Part shown: positions 1 through 10,940 of the stretch, piece after piece | Layout of the letters: every line of letters starts with the position of its first letter | Position numbering within the stretch: the stretch's first letter is position 1 | From: an uncultured delta proteobacterium | Lineage (GTDB): Bacteria > Desulfobacterota > Desulfuromonadia > Desulfuromonadales > BM103 | NCBI GenBank assembly: GCA_963715335.1 | Contig: CAVQRZ010000019.1 | Span: 64,001-128,000, forward strand | DNA: 64,000 nucleotides | Direction: 5' to 3' | The notes under the pieces: model-generated | Databases searched by the model: none | Seen by the model: the letters and a program-made list of their open reading frames with translations, nothing else | What the model was told of the DNA's origin: nothing | Program-made: the position numbers and the translations under genes

Positions 1-47
1 TAATGAACAGGTGGCTGAGTGGCCTGATCTGTTATGAGGAGTTAGTT

Positions 48-272
48 ATGGCTTTTAATCTGAAAACCAAGGTTTGGCAGACCGGTGCCCTGGAGTGGTG
101 GGCGATGCTTGACAACGAGGACGTCTATCTGGGGAGTCGGGAGTTCCCTTTGCCACCGGAAGAAGGTGACAAGTGGCATGTGAAGAAGACCGGCGACATG
201 TTCAAGATCATCGATGGTGAAATTCGTAAAGTTGGCAACAAGCCGATTACGGTCGAGCCATGGCTGGAGTAG
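48..272 (+). CDS. hypothetical protein (74 aa)
   Basis: GAGGAG RBS before ATG at 48; protein-like Trp-rich sequence; overlaps the next gene. Confidence 0.7.
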   Translation: MAFNLKTKVWQTGALEWWAMLDNEDVYLGSREFPLPPEEGDKWHVKKTGDMFKIIDGEIRKVGNKPITVEPWLE

Positions 273-883
273 CCCCGGAAATTATCCAGATTCCGGTTGC
301 GGGGACCGATAATTTTTCCTACCTGGTGATCTGTACGGAAACCGGCAAGGCTTTTGGGGTTGATCCGGGCATCTCGCCGGAGAGCATGTTGCGGATCGTC
401 CGTGAGCGTAGCCTGGATCTGGAGGTTCTGGGTAACACCCATGGTCATAACGACCATGTCGCAGGCAACGCAGAGGTCTTAAGGACGACCGGCGCAAAGC
501 TGGCAGCAAGCCCTATCGATGTGCCAGACCCGGATATCCCCTTGAAAGAGGGGAGTCAGATCCAGGTCGGCAAGGTAACGATCAATGTCCTGCACACGCC
601 CGGGCACAGCCCCGGCGCGGTGGTCTTCAACCCGCCGGGAGCGCTGATTACCGGGGACACCCTTTTTGTCACGCGTTGCGGGCGGGCTGATTTCCGGAAC
701 AGCGACCCGGCGGCGCTCTATCACAGCCTGCTGCGCCTGGCCGCCTTCCCGCCGGAAACAAAAGTGTTTCCCGGCCATGATTATGGACCGAAACCGAACT
801 CGACGATCGCCTACGAGCGGGAACATAATGACTACATGAAATGCCCTGACCTGGAGAGTTTTATCAAGCTGAGGATGGGATAA
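260..883 (+). CDS. metallo-beta-lactamase-fold hydrolase (glyoxalase II family)
   Basis: THGHNDH, HTPGH, TGDTLF and PGHDY motifs. Confidence 0.9.
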   Translation: MAGVAPEIIQIPVAGTDNFSYLVICTETGKAFGVDPGISPESMLRIVRERSLDLEVLGNTHGHNDHVAGNAEVLRTTGAKLAASPIDVPDPDIPLKEGSQIQVGKVTINVLHTPGHSPGAVVFNPPGALITGDTLFVTRCGRADFRNSDPAALYHSLLRLAAFPPETKVFPGHDYGPKPNSTIAYEREHNDYMKCPDLESFIKLRMG

Positions 884-993
884 GACCAGCGCGGGACGGG
901 ACGGGGTACGAGGAAAACATTAAATCAAAGCGAGAGCAGTATCATTCTGCTCTCGCTTTTCTGTTCAAGTGCGCTTTTGAGTGCGCGGCCTTA

Positions 994-2430
994 TCATTTC
1001 GGAACTGTCGGGCTGGAAGAATCCCAGCCTCCCCCCAGGGCCTTGATCAGAGAGACGCTTGCCTGGAAGCGTTGTTCCAGGACCTGGTTGGCCAGCAATT
1101 CGGTGGCCAGGGCGGTACGCTCGCTGACAACGACCTCGAGGTAGCTGACCATGCCGGCGCGGTAACGTTTCCCGGAAAGATCGGCAGCCTGACGCGCGGC
1201 ATCCAGGGCCCTTTGTTGGGCCTCCGCCTGTTCGGTCAGGATGCGGATATCGGAGAGGGCATCTTCAACCTCGCGGAAGGCAACCAGAACCTGTTGGCGG
1301 TAGAGCGCTACCGATTCCTGCCAGGTGGCTTCGGCCTGCGCCAATTGGGCCCGGTTGCGTCCGGCGTCAAAGATCGGCAGCGAAATGAAAGGACCCAGCG
1401 ACCACGTGTGGTTGTCCCATTCAAACAGGTTGGACAGCTCGTTGCTGGCATAGCCGGCGCTGCCGGTGAGACTGACAGCTGGGAAAAACGCCGCTTTGGC
1501 GATACCGATGCGGGCGTTGGCGGCCATCATGCGGCGTTCGGCTGCTGCGATGTCGGGACGGCGTTCCAGGAGTGTGGACGGAATTCCCGCGGCGACCTGG
1601 GGTGGTCGGGCCTCGAGATTCGGTGGGGGCAGCGGCAGCTTGAAGTTCGCTGCCGGCTCGCCGACCAGTACGGCCAGGGCGTGTTCCGTGGACACCCGCC
1701 GGCGCTTGAGAGCCGCCGTTTCGGCCTGGGCGTTGGCAAGTTCGGTTTCCGCGCGGGCGACGTCCAGGCGCCCGACCTGACCATTGTCGAAGAGACTGGT
1801 TACCAGCTGCAGGTTTTTGCGGCGCAACTCAACGGTCCGACGCAACAGATCGAGTTGGGCGTCAAGACTACGCAGGGTAAAATAATTGCGTGAGACATCA
1901 GACTGTAGTGTCAACAGGATGCTCTGCATCTCCGCCTTGCTCGCCTCATATTGTGCAGTGCCGGCCTCAACGGAGCGGCGCACGCGGCCCCACAGGTCAA
2001 TTTCATAACTTAAATCGAGAGGTGTTCGCAGAATCGTCGCGGTTCGTGCTTCGCCATCGTTGAGGTCGGCAGCGCTGCGCCCGCGCCATGCGCTGGGGTT
2101 GAGATCGAGCCGGGGATAGAGCGCGCTTTCACTGATGCGTGCTGCGGCCCTAGCCTGGCTGACTCTCGCTATCGCTGCCTGCAGGCTCTGGTTTGTAGCC
2201 TGGGCGCGTTGCTGCAATTCGTCCAGAACCGGATCGCCGTAAGCCTGCCACCAGGCTCCCTTATCCAGTTCATCGGCAGGTGCTGCTTCCTTCCAAGGGG
2301 CCTCCTCGCGGTAAGCGGCGGGGACGGTCACCTCGGGGCGTTGATAATCCGGTCCCATGGTGCACCCGGTCAGCCCGGCAACCAGAACTAAAGAAGTCAT
2401 CAGGGACAGAGTCCAGTCTTTTGCAGTCAT
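994..2430 (-). CDS. RND efflux outer-membrane lipoprotein (NodT/OprM family)
   Basis: lipobox LTGC, SYEIDLWG, LLERRPDI, C-terminal ALGGGW. Confidence 0.95.
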   Translation of the reverse strand: MTAKDWTLSLMTSLVLVAGLTGCTMGPDYQRPEVTVPAAYREEAPWKEAAPADELDKGAWWQAYGDPVLDELQQRAQATNQSLQAAIARVSQARAAARISESALYPRLDLNPSAWRGRSAADLNDGEARTATILRTPLDLSYEIDLWGRVRRSVEAGTAQYEASKAEMQSILLTLQSDVSRNYFTLRSLDAQLDLLRRTVELRRKNLQLVTSLFDNGQVGRLDVARAETELANAQAETAALKRRRVSTEHALAVLVGEPAANFKLPLPPPNLEARPPQVAAGIPSTLLERRPDIAAAERRMMAANARIGIAKAAFFPAVSLTGSAGYASNELSNLFEWDNHTWSLGPFISLPIFDAGRNRAQLAQAEATWQESVALYRQQVLVAFREVEDALSDIRILTEQAEAQQRALDAARQAADLSGKRYRAGMVSYLEVVVSERTALATELLANQVLEQRFQASVSLIKALGGGWDSSSPTVPK

Positions 2431-2453
2431 GGCAACAACCTTCTGTGTTTAGG

Positions 2454-5400
2454 TCAGATAGTGTGACCGGTCTGGGCCGGTGTCGCCGGCGTTTCTACGT
2501 GGTCATCATGTTTTTCACGGCGGCGGGCAATCAGCATGTAGGCCGTTGGCACGACAAACAGGGTCAGAATTGTGCCGAACGACATGCCGCCGACAATCAC
2601 CCAGCCGATTGCCTGGCGGCTCTCCGCCCCGGCGCCATGCGCCCAGGCCAAAGGCAGTGCCCCAAGCACCATTGCACCCGTGGTCATCAGGATCGGGCGC
2701 AGACGCAGGGTTGCTGATTCAATGACCGCTTCAAGCTTGTCTCGGTTTTGCTCACGCAGCTGGTTAGCAAATTCAACGATCAGAATACCATGTTTAGTGA
2801 TCAGGCCGATCAGGGTCACCAGGCCGATCTGGCTGTAGACGTTCAGGGTGTTGCCCGTTAGTTTCAGCGCGAGCAGTGCACCGGCAATACTGAGCGGCAC
2901 GGAGAACATGATAATAAGCGGGTCAATAAAACTTTCAAACTGCGCAGCCAACACCAGGTAGATGAATGCAAGGGCCAGCAGGAAGGTGATGTAGAGGCTG
3001 GCGCTGCTCTCCTTGAATTCCCGTGAGGGGCCATCATAATCGACCACTGCGGTTACCGGCAGGACTTCCGCGGCAATTTCCTCAAGCTTGCTCAAGCCTT
3101 CAGAGAGGGCATAACCCGGGGCCAGGCTGGCGGTGATTTTGGCGGCACGCAGCTGGTTGAAGTGATTCAACTCTTTAGGCGCCACGGTTTCCCTGACCGT
3201 GACCAGGTTGGCCAGCTGGATCATTTGGTCAGACTTCCCTCGCACATAGATCGATGCCAGGTCGTTGGGTGTCACACGATCGACGTCTGCAACCTGGACG
3301 ATAACGTCGTACTGTTTCCCCTCGCGTTTGAAGCGAGTGACCAGACGACCGCCCAGCATCGTTTCCATGGTGCGACCTATGGTCGCTACGTCAACCCCAA
3401 CATCCACCGCCTTGTCACGGTCTACATCGACCGAGAGCTGCGGCTTGATCAGTTTGAGATCGGTGTCCAGGTTGATAAAGCCCGGCCACTCACGAGCCTT
3501 GGCCATAACGGCATCGGTCATCTGCTGCAGCTCTTCGTAGGGAGCAGAGGTCTGGATGACGAACTGCACCGGTTTGGCCAGCGGGCTCTGCCCAAGCGGG
3601 GCGCGGTTGATCGGGAAGGCCATGATCCCGGGGATGCCGCCATACAGTTTCGGCTGGAGCTCCTTGACGATCTCCTGCTGCGTGCGGTCCCTTTTCTGCC
3701 AGTCGACAAGTCCGGCAAAGGAGATGACCTGCGAAATTGACGGTCGACCGGCGGCAACGAAGTAGCGTTCGATCTCCGGCGTGTCCTCATAAACCTTCTC
3801 CATCATGCGGGCATATCTGTCAGTGTAGGCAATGGTCGCCCCTTCCGGAGCAATGCCGACGCCGATAACGATGCCGCGATCCTCGGTGGGCGCCAGCTCC
3901 GATTTCAGGGACCCCAACAGAAACCAGGCTGCAGCGGCGACGATCACCGCCAGAGCGATGATGACGATTTTCACCCGCAGGAGCCGGCGCAACAGGCGCT
4001 GGTAACCATTCGTCAGCGCGACGAAGAAGGATTCGATGAGGTTATAGATGGCCATGTGCTGATCACGCTGCCTGAGCAGCTTTGAGCACATCATCGGCGA
4101 CAGGGTCAGGGCGACAAAGCCCGAGACCAGAACGGCCCCCGCCAGAGTCAGGGCAAACTCGGTGAAGAGCCTGCCGGTCCGTCCCTGCATAAACCCGATC
4201 GGTGCGTAAACAGCCGCCAGGGTTACGGTCATGGCGATGACAGCGAAAGCGATCTCGCGGCTCCCCTGGAATGCCGCCTGGCGGACAGGCACGCCATTTT
4301 CCACATGCCGGAAGATATTCTCCAGGACAACGATCGCGTCATCAACAACCAGGCCGATGGCGAGCACCATGGCCAGCAAAGTCAGGGTATTGATGGTAAA
4401 ACCGAACAGGTACAACAGTCCAAAGGCGCCAATCAGTGACACCGGGATGGTGACCAGGGGGATCAGGGTCGAGCGGAAACTGCGCAGGAACAAGAAGATC
4501 ACCAGGATGACAAGGAGGACGGCCTCACCGATCGTCTGGAAGACATTGCTGATTGAGCGATCGATGAAGATTGAGCTGTCATAGGCAACATCGACTTTCA
4601 TCCCTTCCGGCAGGCTGGCCTCGATGGCCGGGATAGTCTCTTTGACCGCCTTGGAAATATCAAGGGGGTTAGCTGTCCCTTGTTTGACCACGCCCATGGC
4701 AACAGCCGGTTTGCTCTTAAAACGGACGACGCTGCGCTCACTCTCGGCGCCAAGCTCGGTCCGTCCGACATCCTTGAGGCGTACAAGGTAGCCGCCGGCA
4801 TCCTTGAGAATCATTTCGTCGAACTCGGCCGGCGTGCGCAGGTCCGTCTCGGAAAGCACGGTGAATTCGCGTTCGGTCGATTCGATCCTCCCGGAGGGGA
4901 TCTCTACATTCTGTTTGCGCAACGCATTTTCAACGTCCTGCGAGGTCAGCCCGAACGCTGCCAGGCGAACCCGGTCGAGCCAGATGCGCATGGCGTATCG
5001 GCGCTCTCCGAGCAGCAGTACGTTGGCAACCCCCTGGATGTTTTGCAGGCGGTCCTTGACATACCGGTCGGCGTAGTCTGTTACTTCAAGAGGGGTGTGC
5101 TCGCTTGAAGAAAACGCCAGATAAATGATCGGTTGGGCATCCGCTTCCACCTTGCTGATCACCGGGTCGTCGATATCGCCAGGAAGCTTGCCGCGCACCC
5201 GGGCCACCCTGTCCCGCACATCGTTGGCCGATTCGTCGGGATCGCGTGAAAGCTTGAACTTGACGGTGATCTGACTATTTTCCGTGCGCGAAATCGACGT
5301 CATGACCTCGATTCCCTCAATTCCAGCCAGGCTTTCTTCGAGAGGCTGGGTGATCTGCGACTCAATGATTTCCGCGGTTGCTCCACGGTAGGTTGTCTCG

Positions 5401-5540
5401 ACGTTGACGACCGGCTCATCGATATTCGGATATTCACGAACGGTGAGGCGGTCATAGCTGATCAGGCCGACCAGAACCACGACCAGGCTCATCACGGTCG
5501 CGAGCACCGGGCGCTTGATGGAAAGATCAGAAAGTACCAT
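2454..5540 (-). CDS. RND efflux permease (AcrB/D/F family)
   Basis: start re-assigned to MVLSDLSIKRP; GLVVDDAIVVLENI and RLRPILMT motifs. Confidence 0.95.
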   Translation of the reverse strand: MVLSDLSIKRPVLATVMSLVVVLVGLISYDRLTVREYPNIDEPVVNVETTYRGATAEIIESQITQPLEESLAGIEGIEVMTSISRTENSQITVKFKLSRDPDESANDVRDRVARVRGKLPGDIDDPVISKVEADAQPIIYLAFSSSEHTPLEVTDYADRYVKDRLQNIQGVANVLLLGERRYAMRIWLDRVRLAAFGLTSQDVENALRKQNVEIPSGRIESTEREFTVLSETDLRTPAEFDEMILKDAGGYLVRLKDVGRTELGAESERSVVRFKSKPAVAMGVVKQGTANPLDISKAVKETIPAIEASLPEGMKVDVAYDSSIFIDRSISNVFQTIGEAVLLVILVIFLFLRSFRSTLIPLVTIPVSLIGAFGLLYLFGFTINTLTLLAMVLAIGLVVDDAIVVLENIFRHVENGVPVRQAAFQGSREIAFAVIAMTVTLAAVYAPIGFMQGRTGRLFTEFALTLAGAVLVSGFVALTLSPMMCSKLLRQRDQHMAIYNLIESFFVALTNGYQRLLRRLLRVKIVIIALAVIVAAAAWFLLGSLKSELAPTEDRGIVIGVGIAPEGATIAYTDRYARMMEKVYEDTPEIERYFVAAGRPSISQVISFAGLVDWQKRDRTQQEIVKELQPKLYGGIPGIMAFPINRAPLGQSPLAKPVQFVIQTSAPYEELQQMTDAVMAKAREWPGFINLDTDLKLIKPQLSVDVDRDKAVDVGVDVATIGRTMETMLGGRLVTRFKREGKQYDVIVQVADVDRVTPNDLASIYVRGKSDQMIQLANLVTVRETVAPKELNHFNQLRAAKITASLAPGYALSEGLSKLEEIAAEVLPVTAVVDYDGPSREFKESSASLYITFLLALAFIYLVLAAQFESFIDPLIIMFSVPLSIAGALLALKLTGNTLNVYSQIGLVTLIGLITKHGILIVEFANQLREQNRDKLEAVIESATLRLRPILMTTGAMVLGALPLAWAHGAGAESRQAIGWVIVGGMSFGTILTLFVVPTAYMLIARRREKHDDHVETPATPAQTGHTI

Positions 5541-5544
5541 GGTG

Positions 5545-6618
5545 TTATTTCCCGTTACCTGCTGCGGCCTGTGTTGCCGGAAGTGCCGTGACCGGCATCC
5601 CGGGGCGAACCTTGATTTGGCCGGCTGTAATGATCGTCTCTCCCGGCTCCAGGCCCTTAGTAATCTCAACTTTGCCTTTGGTCCTCAGGCCGGTTTCCAC
5701 CACTGTTGCCTCGACCTTGCCGTCAACGACCTTGAAGACCTGTTGCCGGCCGCCACCTGGAATCAGAGCTTCCTCGGGAATCATCAGCGCATCCGGATGC
5801 TCTTCGAGAACCAGAGCGATGCGCGCGAACATGCCGGGACGTAGCGGGCCTTCTTCTTGCACCACCTTGGCTCGCACCATGACGCTTCGGCCGTTGACGT
5901 CGATCTGCGGATCGATGGCGAAAACTTTGCCGGTAAAGGTCCTCCCGGGAACGGCATCCACGTTCATGCGAATGGCCTGGTTGACGCGCAACTGGTGAGC
6001 AAAGACCTCCGGAACCCTGAAGTCGACCTTGATCGGGTCAATGTCGTCCAGGCTGACAATCGTTTCCCCGGGCTGCAGATACTCTCCTATGCTGACACGA
6101 CGCAAACCGAGCATCCCCGAGAAAGGCGCTTTGATCACGGTCTTTGCCAATTGTGCTTGCGTCAGCCGCAAGGTCGCTTCGTCAAGACGCCATTTTGCAT
6201 AGGCTTCGTCGCGTTCCCGCTCCGAGATGGCCTGCTCCTGGAGGAGCCGTTCGGCGCGTTTGATGTTGGTTTCACTCAAGTTGAGGTTCGCCTGGGCCCG
6301 ATCCTTTTCCGCGGTTAAAACCGACTGGTCGAGCTGCAGCATGACTTGCCCAGCAGTGACCTTTTCGCCGTCATCAAAGAACAGTTGCGTGACCTTCCCG
6401 GCGACCTCTGCGGTAATAACAACTGACTCGTTGGAGTAGAGAGTCCCCGTAGCACTCAACTCGTTACTCAAGGGAGAGGTCGAAGTTACAATGGTCTCAA
6501 CAGGCAGTCCCTGCGGCTTGGCTTGGGTTTGGTCGGCTTTTTTCTCTTCCGCACAGGCAGGGGCGAAGGTGAAAATGAGGCACAGGGTGACGGTTGTTGC
6601 GAGGGCAAGTTTATGCAT
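5545..6618 (-). CDS. RND efflux periplasmic adaptor (MFP)
   Basis: start MHKLALA overlaps the TetR stop; IKAPFSG and LRPGMF motifs. Confidence 0.93.
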   Translation of the reverse strand: MHKLALATTVTLCLIFTFAPACAEEKKADQTQAKPQGLPVETIVTSTSPLSNELSATGTLYSNESVVITAEVAGKVTQLFFDDGEKVTAGQVMLQLDQSVLTAEKDRAQANLNLSETNIKRAERLLQEQAISERERDEAYAKWRLDEATLRLTQAQLAKTVIKAPFSGMLGLRRVSIGEYLQPGETIVSLDDIDPIKVDFRVPEVFAHQLRVNQAIRMNVDAVPGRTFTGKVFAIDPQIDVNGRSVMVRAKVVQEEGPLRPGMFARIALVLEEHPDALMIPEEALIPGGGRQQVFKVVDGKVEATVVETGLRTKGKVEITKGLEPGETIITAGQIKVRPGMPVTALPATQAAAGNGK

Positions 6619-7255
6619 GGTGACGGCTCCCGATTCCTTGCAGGGAAAACTGCGTAATATGTTCAATGACATCTTCAATAAAAGGTCGGTTCTGTTCTTG
6701 GCTGTGAATGCCGTACAAAATGTCCCTGCTCCGGATGAAGTGCAGGACCTGGCCGGTGATGCTGCTGACGCAGAAGGAGGCGCGTTTATCGCCAAGCCCC
6801 GGGCTTGCCCTAAGGATCAGTTCCTTGAACGCCCGATTGATCGGTACCACCAGGCGTGAGGCGACCAGGTCGCCGGTGACGGCATCCGGGCCCATCTCGC
6901 GGTAGATGGTCTGCATGAGCCGGTCGCTGTCCGGTGGGGAGAGACGCGAGTCAAAAAAGCTGCGGATATATGCGCGTAAAATTTCCTCAAGCGTTGCCGG
7001 GGGCTGTTGCCTGTCGAGTCGTTCAAGCAGGCTGAGCTTGTCTGCGGTGATGCTGTCCAGAATGCGCACAAGGACTTCGCGGTACAGGCCGGTCTTGTCG
7101 CTGAAGTGATAGTTGACAGAGGCCACATTGGCGCCGCTTGCCCTGGTGATCTGACGAATGCTGACACCTTCGTAGCCATGGGCAAGGAAGAGCCTCTGTG
7201 CACATTCCAACAGGGCGGCTCTGGTGTCTTTATGGTTTAAGGGCTGCTTTTTCAT
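6611..7255 (-). CDS. TetR/AcrR-family regulator (CerR/YbiH-like)
   Basis: N-terminal HTH GYEGVSIRQIT...VNYHF; first gene of the efflux operon. Confidence 0.92.
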   Translation of the reverse strand: MKKQPLNHKDTRAALLECAQRLFLAHGYEGVSIRQITRASGANVASVNYHFSDKTGLYREVLVRILDSITADKLSLLERLDRQQPPATLEEILRAYIRSFFDSRLSPPDSDRLMQTIYREMGPDAVTGDLVASRLVVPINRAFKELILRASPGLGDKRASFCVSSITGQVLHFIRSRDILYGIHSQEQNRPFIEDVIEHITQFSLQGIGSRHHA

Positions 7256-7256
7256 G

Positions 7257-7293
7257 TAAACGTTGTTTTAAACGCCGTTTGAAAGAATGTCAA
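7257..7293 (-). promoter_or_regulatory. sigma70 promoter overlapped by putative TetR operators
   Basis: TTGACA (7293-7288), 17 bp, TAAAAC (7270-7265); two imperfect AAACG-NN-GTTT dyads at 7258-7281. Confidence 0.6.
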
Positions 7294-7425
7294 GAACAAC
7301 CCGTGCAATCGAGTCGGCAAAGCCTGAGGCACTGGCAGGGGTTGGAAGGGGTAAGTTGTTGTCAAATCAGAAAGAAGGCTGATCTAGAAAATAAGCTTAG
7401 GCCCTGGCTGCATCTCTTGCCGGTT

Positions 7426-8184
7426 TCATCCATTATCGACCGGGGGCTGACGCCAATCGCCATAGAGATACTGCAAAATGGGCGTTGCCGCCAAGCCGGC
7501 AGTTTCAGTGCGCAGAATTCTCGGTCCCAGGTGTACGGCCCGAAACCCGGCCGCCGCAATGTCATCGATTTCCTGGTCGGTAAAACCGCCTTCCGGTCCG
7601 ATCAGAAGCCTGACCCCGGAGGGTCTCTCCCCGGGCAAGGCCTCTGCAAGGGGGACCGACCCCGCCTCCCAGAGCACGAGCTTGAGGTCACTTGTCTGCT
7701 CTTCGATCACTGCAGACAGCCTTTGCATCGACCGGATCTGAGGGAGAAAACTGCGCCGGCACTGCCTTGCGGCTTCGCTCGCTATGCGTATCCAGCGCTG
7801 TTGGCGCTTGTCCATGCGGGCTTCGTTGACTTGCGCTACTGAGTATGCAGTCTCGACGGGCTGAAAGCAGTGCACCCCGAGTTCGGTGCCCTTTTGCAGG
7901 ACGAGGTCAAACTTGTCGCCTTTCGGCATGGCCTGGATAAGGGTAATCGGTAAGCTGCGGTCTTCGTCCCGCCAGCGTCGAACCACCCGGGCGGACGCTT
8001 GCCGTTTGCTGATACTCTCCAGCTCGACTTCGCAACAGAGTCCCCGGCCGTCGAGCAGGGTCAGGACACTGCCGAGCCTGGTACGCAGAACGTTGTGCAG
8101 GTGGTGATGCGGGTCGCCGCTGATGTCCACCTGGTCGCCTTGCAGAGTTTCAGGCGGAACGAAAAAACGCAGCGGATCACTCAT
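7426..8184 (-). CDS. rsmE: 16S rRNA m3U1498 methyltransferase
   Basis: QKGTELGV, IGPEGGF, LGPRILRTETA; start MSDPLRFF. Confidence 0.95.
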   Translation of the reverse strand: MSDPLRFFVPPETLQGDQVDISGDPHHHLHNVLRTRLGSVLTLLDGRGLCCEVELESISKRQASARVVRRWRDEDRSLPITLIQAMPKGDKFDLVLQKGTELGVHCFQPVETAYSVAQVNEARMDKRQQRWIRIASEAARQCRRSFLPQIRSMQRLSAVIEEQTSDLKLVLWEAGSVPLAEALPGERPSGVRLLIGPEGGFTDQEIDDIAAAGFRAVHLGPRILRTETAGLAATPILQYLYGDWRQPPVDNG

Positions 8185-9100
8185 GGCTCTGGTAGACGAT
8201 ACAGGTCCACTCGTCACGGTGGTTGCTGGCGAGCAATGCCAGGGGGAAGCCGGCAAAGCCATTGATAACCGTCTGCTCCTGTTCGATCAGGATTCCGGAG
8301 AGAACCAGCCGCCCTGATCCGGGAGTAAGGTGCGCGACCAGCTGGTCGGCGAGACGCAGGTTCTCGGCCGCGAGGATGTTGGCAAGCACCAGGTCGTATG
8401 TTCCGGGAATCTCCTCCAGTGTCGCGTCGGTAACTGAAACCAGGTGGTCGAGTCGGTTGCTTGCGATGTTGTGCCGGGCGACCTCGCATGCGTCGTTGTC
8501 GATGTCAGTGGCAATCACCTGGCTGGCGCCGAGTGCGGCCCCCGCCATGGCCAAAATTCCCGAGCCTGTGCCGACATCCAGAATGTTTTTGGGGGGTTGC
8601 TCGCTGGCAAAATGCTCGGCCAGCGCGTCCAGGCAAAGGCTGGTGGTGGCATGGGTGCCGGTACCAAAGGCCTGGCCCGGGTCAAGGGTGAGGACCGCTT
8701 CGTCGCCGGTGGCTTGCCAGTCTATCCATGAGGGGCGAATGACGAGACGGCGGCCAACCCTGAATGGCGGGAAATGCTGTTGCCAGTCACTCGCCCAGTC
8801 CTGGTCGGCCAGTTCGCGGGATTCGAGGCGGGTCTTGGCAAGCTCTGGATGAACGACCGCGAGTTCGGAGAGGGTCTGCTGTACGGCTGCCAGCAGTGCA
8901 TCCACCTTGTCCGGGTAGATGAAGTAAGCTTTTACGACCGGATCGTTGATCAGGTTCTCCGGTGCCGGCACAACAAAGGTGTCCAGCTGTGTTTCGGCTG
9001 CAGTGACACCGGTACAGCCAATTTCCATCAGGTTTTGTGAAACCAGGTCGACGGCTTCGTCCGGCACAGCGAGGCGTATCTCCAGCCATTTGCTTGTCAT
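8177..9100 (-). CDS. prmA: ribosomal protein L11 methyltransferase
   Basis: LDPGQAFGTGTHATT, LDVGTGSGIL, ANILA. Confidence 0.95.
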   Translation of the reverse strand: MTSKWLEIRLAVPDEAVDLVSQNLMEIGCTGVTAAETQLDTFVVPAPENLINDPVVKAYFIYPDKVDALLAAVQQTLSELAVVHPELAKTRLESRELADQDWASDWQQHFPPFRVGRRLVIRPSWIDWQATGDEAVLTLDPGQAFGTGTHATTSLCLDALAEHFASEQPPKNILDVGTGSGILAMAGAALGASQVIATDIDNDACEVARHNIASNRLDHLVSVTDATLEEIPGTYDLVLANILAAENLRLADQLVAHLTPGSGRLVLSGILIEQEQTVINGFAGFPLALLASNHRDEWTCIVYQSHE

Positions 9101-9350
9101 GAAGGTTGTTTAGCGAAGTTTCCGGGGCATTGCAACAGAAATTCTTGACCAGCTTGAGGAGGGTCTGAAATAATGGCCTTTAACTTAATGAGATAAAGTG
9201 CGCATATCGCATTTAATAACCTTTTTGTGATACATTAACCTGCCAGAAGTTGCTGATTTGCCAAGTAAAGTCAAGATTTTCCCGGCTTTTGGTGTTTGCT
9301 TTTTCATTAGACTCTGTTAGACTTCACCGGTGTTTTCATGAGGATTTTCA

Positions 9351-10160
9351 ATGTCTGCTGCTGCCCAAGTTATCTATCTTCTTTCTGACGCGACCGGCGA
9401 AACTGCAGAAAAAATGGTCATGGCAGCGCTAACGCAGTTTCGTGACAGGCCGGTCCGTTTGAAACGGATTAACAACGTCCGGACCAAGAACCAGGTGTAC
9501 GAGACCCTGGACGAAGCGCTCGACAAGCAGGCCCTTGTGGTTTTCACTATTGTCAACCGCGACCTGGCCCAACTGGTCCATGACGAGTGCGACAGCCTCG
9601 GTCTGGTCAGCATTGACCTGCTGACCCCGCTGTTGATGAAAGTGGCACACTGTCTTGGGCGGTCGCCGAAAGAGACGCCCGGCCTGTTGCATGGGATCGA
9701 TGAGGCCTATTTCAGACGTATCGAGGCGATTGAATTTACCGTCAAGCATGATGACGGGCAGGAACCCCGCAATCTTTATCAGGCTGACATCGTTCTGGTC
9801 GGGATTTCCCGTACCAGTAAAACACCACTCTCCATCTATCTGGCTCACAGGGGGTGGAAGGTGGCAAACGTGCCCCTGGTGAAAGGCATCGATCCGCCGC
9901 CGCAACTTTTTGAAGTAGATCCAAAGAGGATTGCGGCCCTTGTTATCGACCCACAGAGACTGTTTGAAGTGCGCGCCTCGCGGCTGCGGAATCTTGGCCA
10001 GGACCCGAAGGCGGCTTACGCCGATTATGAAGAGATCGAGGAGGAGTTGAAGCACGCGAAGAGATTCTTCCGCCAGCACCCATGGGTGGTGATCGATGTC
10101 TCCAGCAAGGCTATCGAGGAGACGGCCAATGAGGTGCTGGTTCGCCTTGGACTCAAATAG
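9351..10160 (+). CDS. PPDK/PEPS regulatory kinase-pyrophosphorylase (DUF299)
   Basis: [28 protein letters not shown]. Confidence 0.93.
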   Translation: MSAAAQVIYLLSDATGETAEKMVMAALTQFRDRPVRLKRINNVRTKNQVYETLDEALDKQALVVFTIVNRDLAQLVHDECDSLGLVSIDLLTPLLMKVAHCLGRSPKETPGLLHGIDEAYFRRIEAIEFTVKHDDGQEPRNLYQADIVLVGISRTSKTPLSIYLAHRGWKVANVPLVKGIDPPPQLFEVDPKRIAALVIDPQRLFEVRASRLRNLGQDPKAAYADYEEIEEELKHAKRFFRQHPWVVIDVSSKAIEETANEVLVRLGLK

Positions 10161-10267
10161 TTGCCGGTTGGTGTGCTGCGCGTACCGGTTTTGATGATGA
10201 TCCCCTGACAATCGACGCTCGGACCATTTTACGAAGATAGCAGTTCATTTAGAAAAGGAGAAACCTC

Positions 10268-10939
10268 ATGCACATTCTGGTTGTGGAAGATGAGAAGAAA
10301 GTTGCCAGCTTTATTCAACGCGGCCTTGAAGGTGAAGGCTATACCGTTGATGTCGCCAATGATGGTGAGTCGGGAGTCGAACTTGGTTCCAAGAACAACT
10401 ACGATCTGATCCTCATGGACATCATGCTGCCCAAGATGGACGGCCTCGAGGCGGTCAAGGCCCTGCGTGCCAATGGTGTGGTGTCACCCGTTCTCTGCCT
10501 GACGGCCAAGGACACGGTCGACGATATCGTCGCCGGCCTGGAAGTCGGCAGCGACGACTACCTGACCAAGCCTTTCGCCTTCGCCGAACTTCTGGCCCGG
10601 GTCCGGGCTCTGGCCCGCCGGGGCACCCAGGAGCGCGGGGCGGAAGTCACCTATGCTGATTTGCGGCTTGATCCGGTTGCCCACAAGGTCTGGCGTGGAG
10701 AAAACGAGATTGACCTGACCGCAAAGGAATATGCCCTGCTCGAATTTTTCATGCGCAATCCGGAAACGACATTGACGCGGACGATGATCGCTGAGCATGT
10801 CTGGGATTATACGTTTGATTCGTTCACCAATATCATTGACGTCTATGTCAATTATCTGCGCAAGAAGGTTGACCGCGACTTCACCAAGAAACTGATTCAT
10901 ACCGTTCGCGGAATCGGTTACGTCCTCAAGGAGGACTAG
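10268..10939 (+). CDS. OmpR-family response regulator (CusR-like)
   Basis: receiver VVEDE...D...KPF plus winged helix TVRGIGY. Confidence 0.95.
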   Translation: MHILVVEDEKKVASFIQRGLEGEGYTVDVANDGESGVELGSKNNYDLILMDIMLPKMDGLEAVKALRANGVVSPVLCLTAKDTVDDIVAGLEVGSDDYLTKPFAFAELLARVRALARRGTQERGAEVTYADLRLDPVAHKVWRGENEIDLTAKEYALLEFFMRNPETTLTRTMIAEHVWDYTFDSFTNIIDVYVNYLRKKVDRDFTKKLIHTVRGIGYVLKED

Positions 10940-10940
10940 C

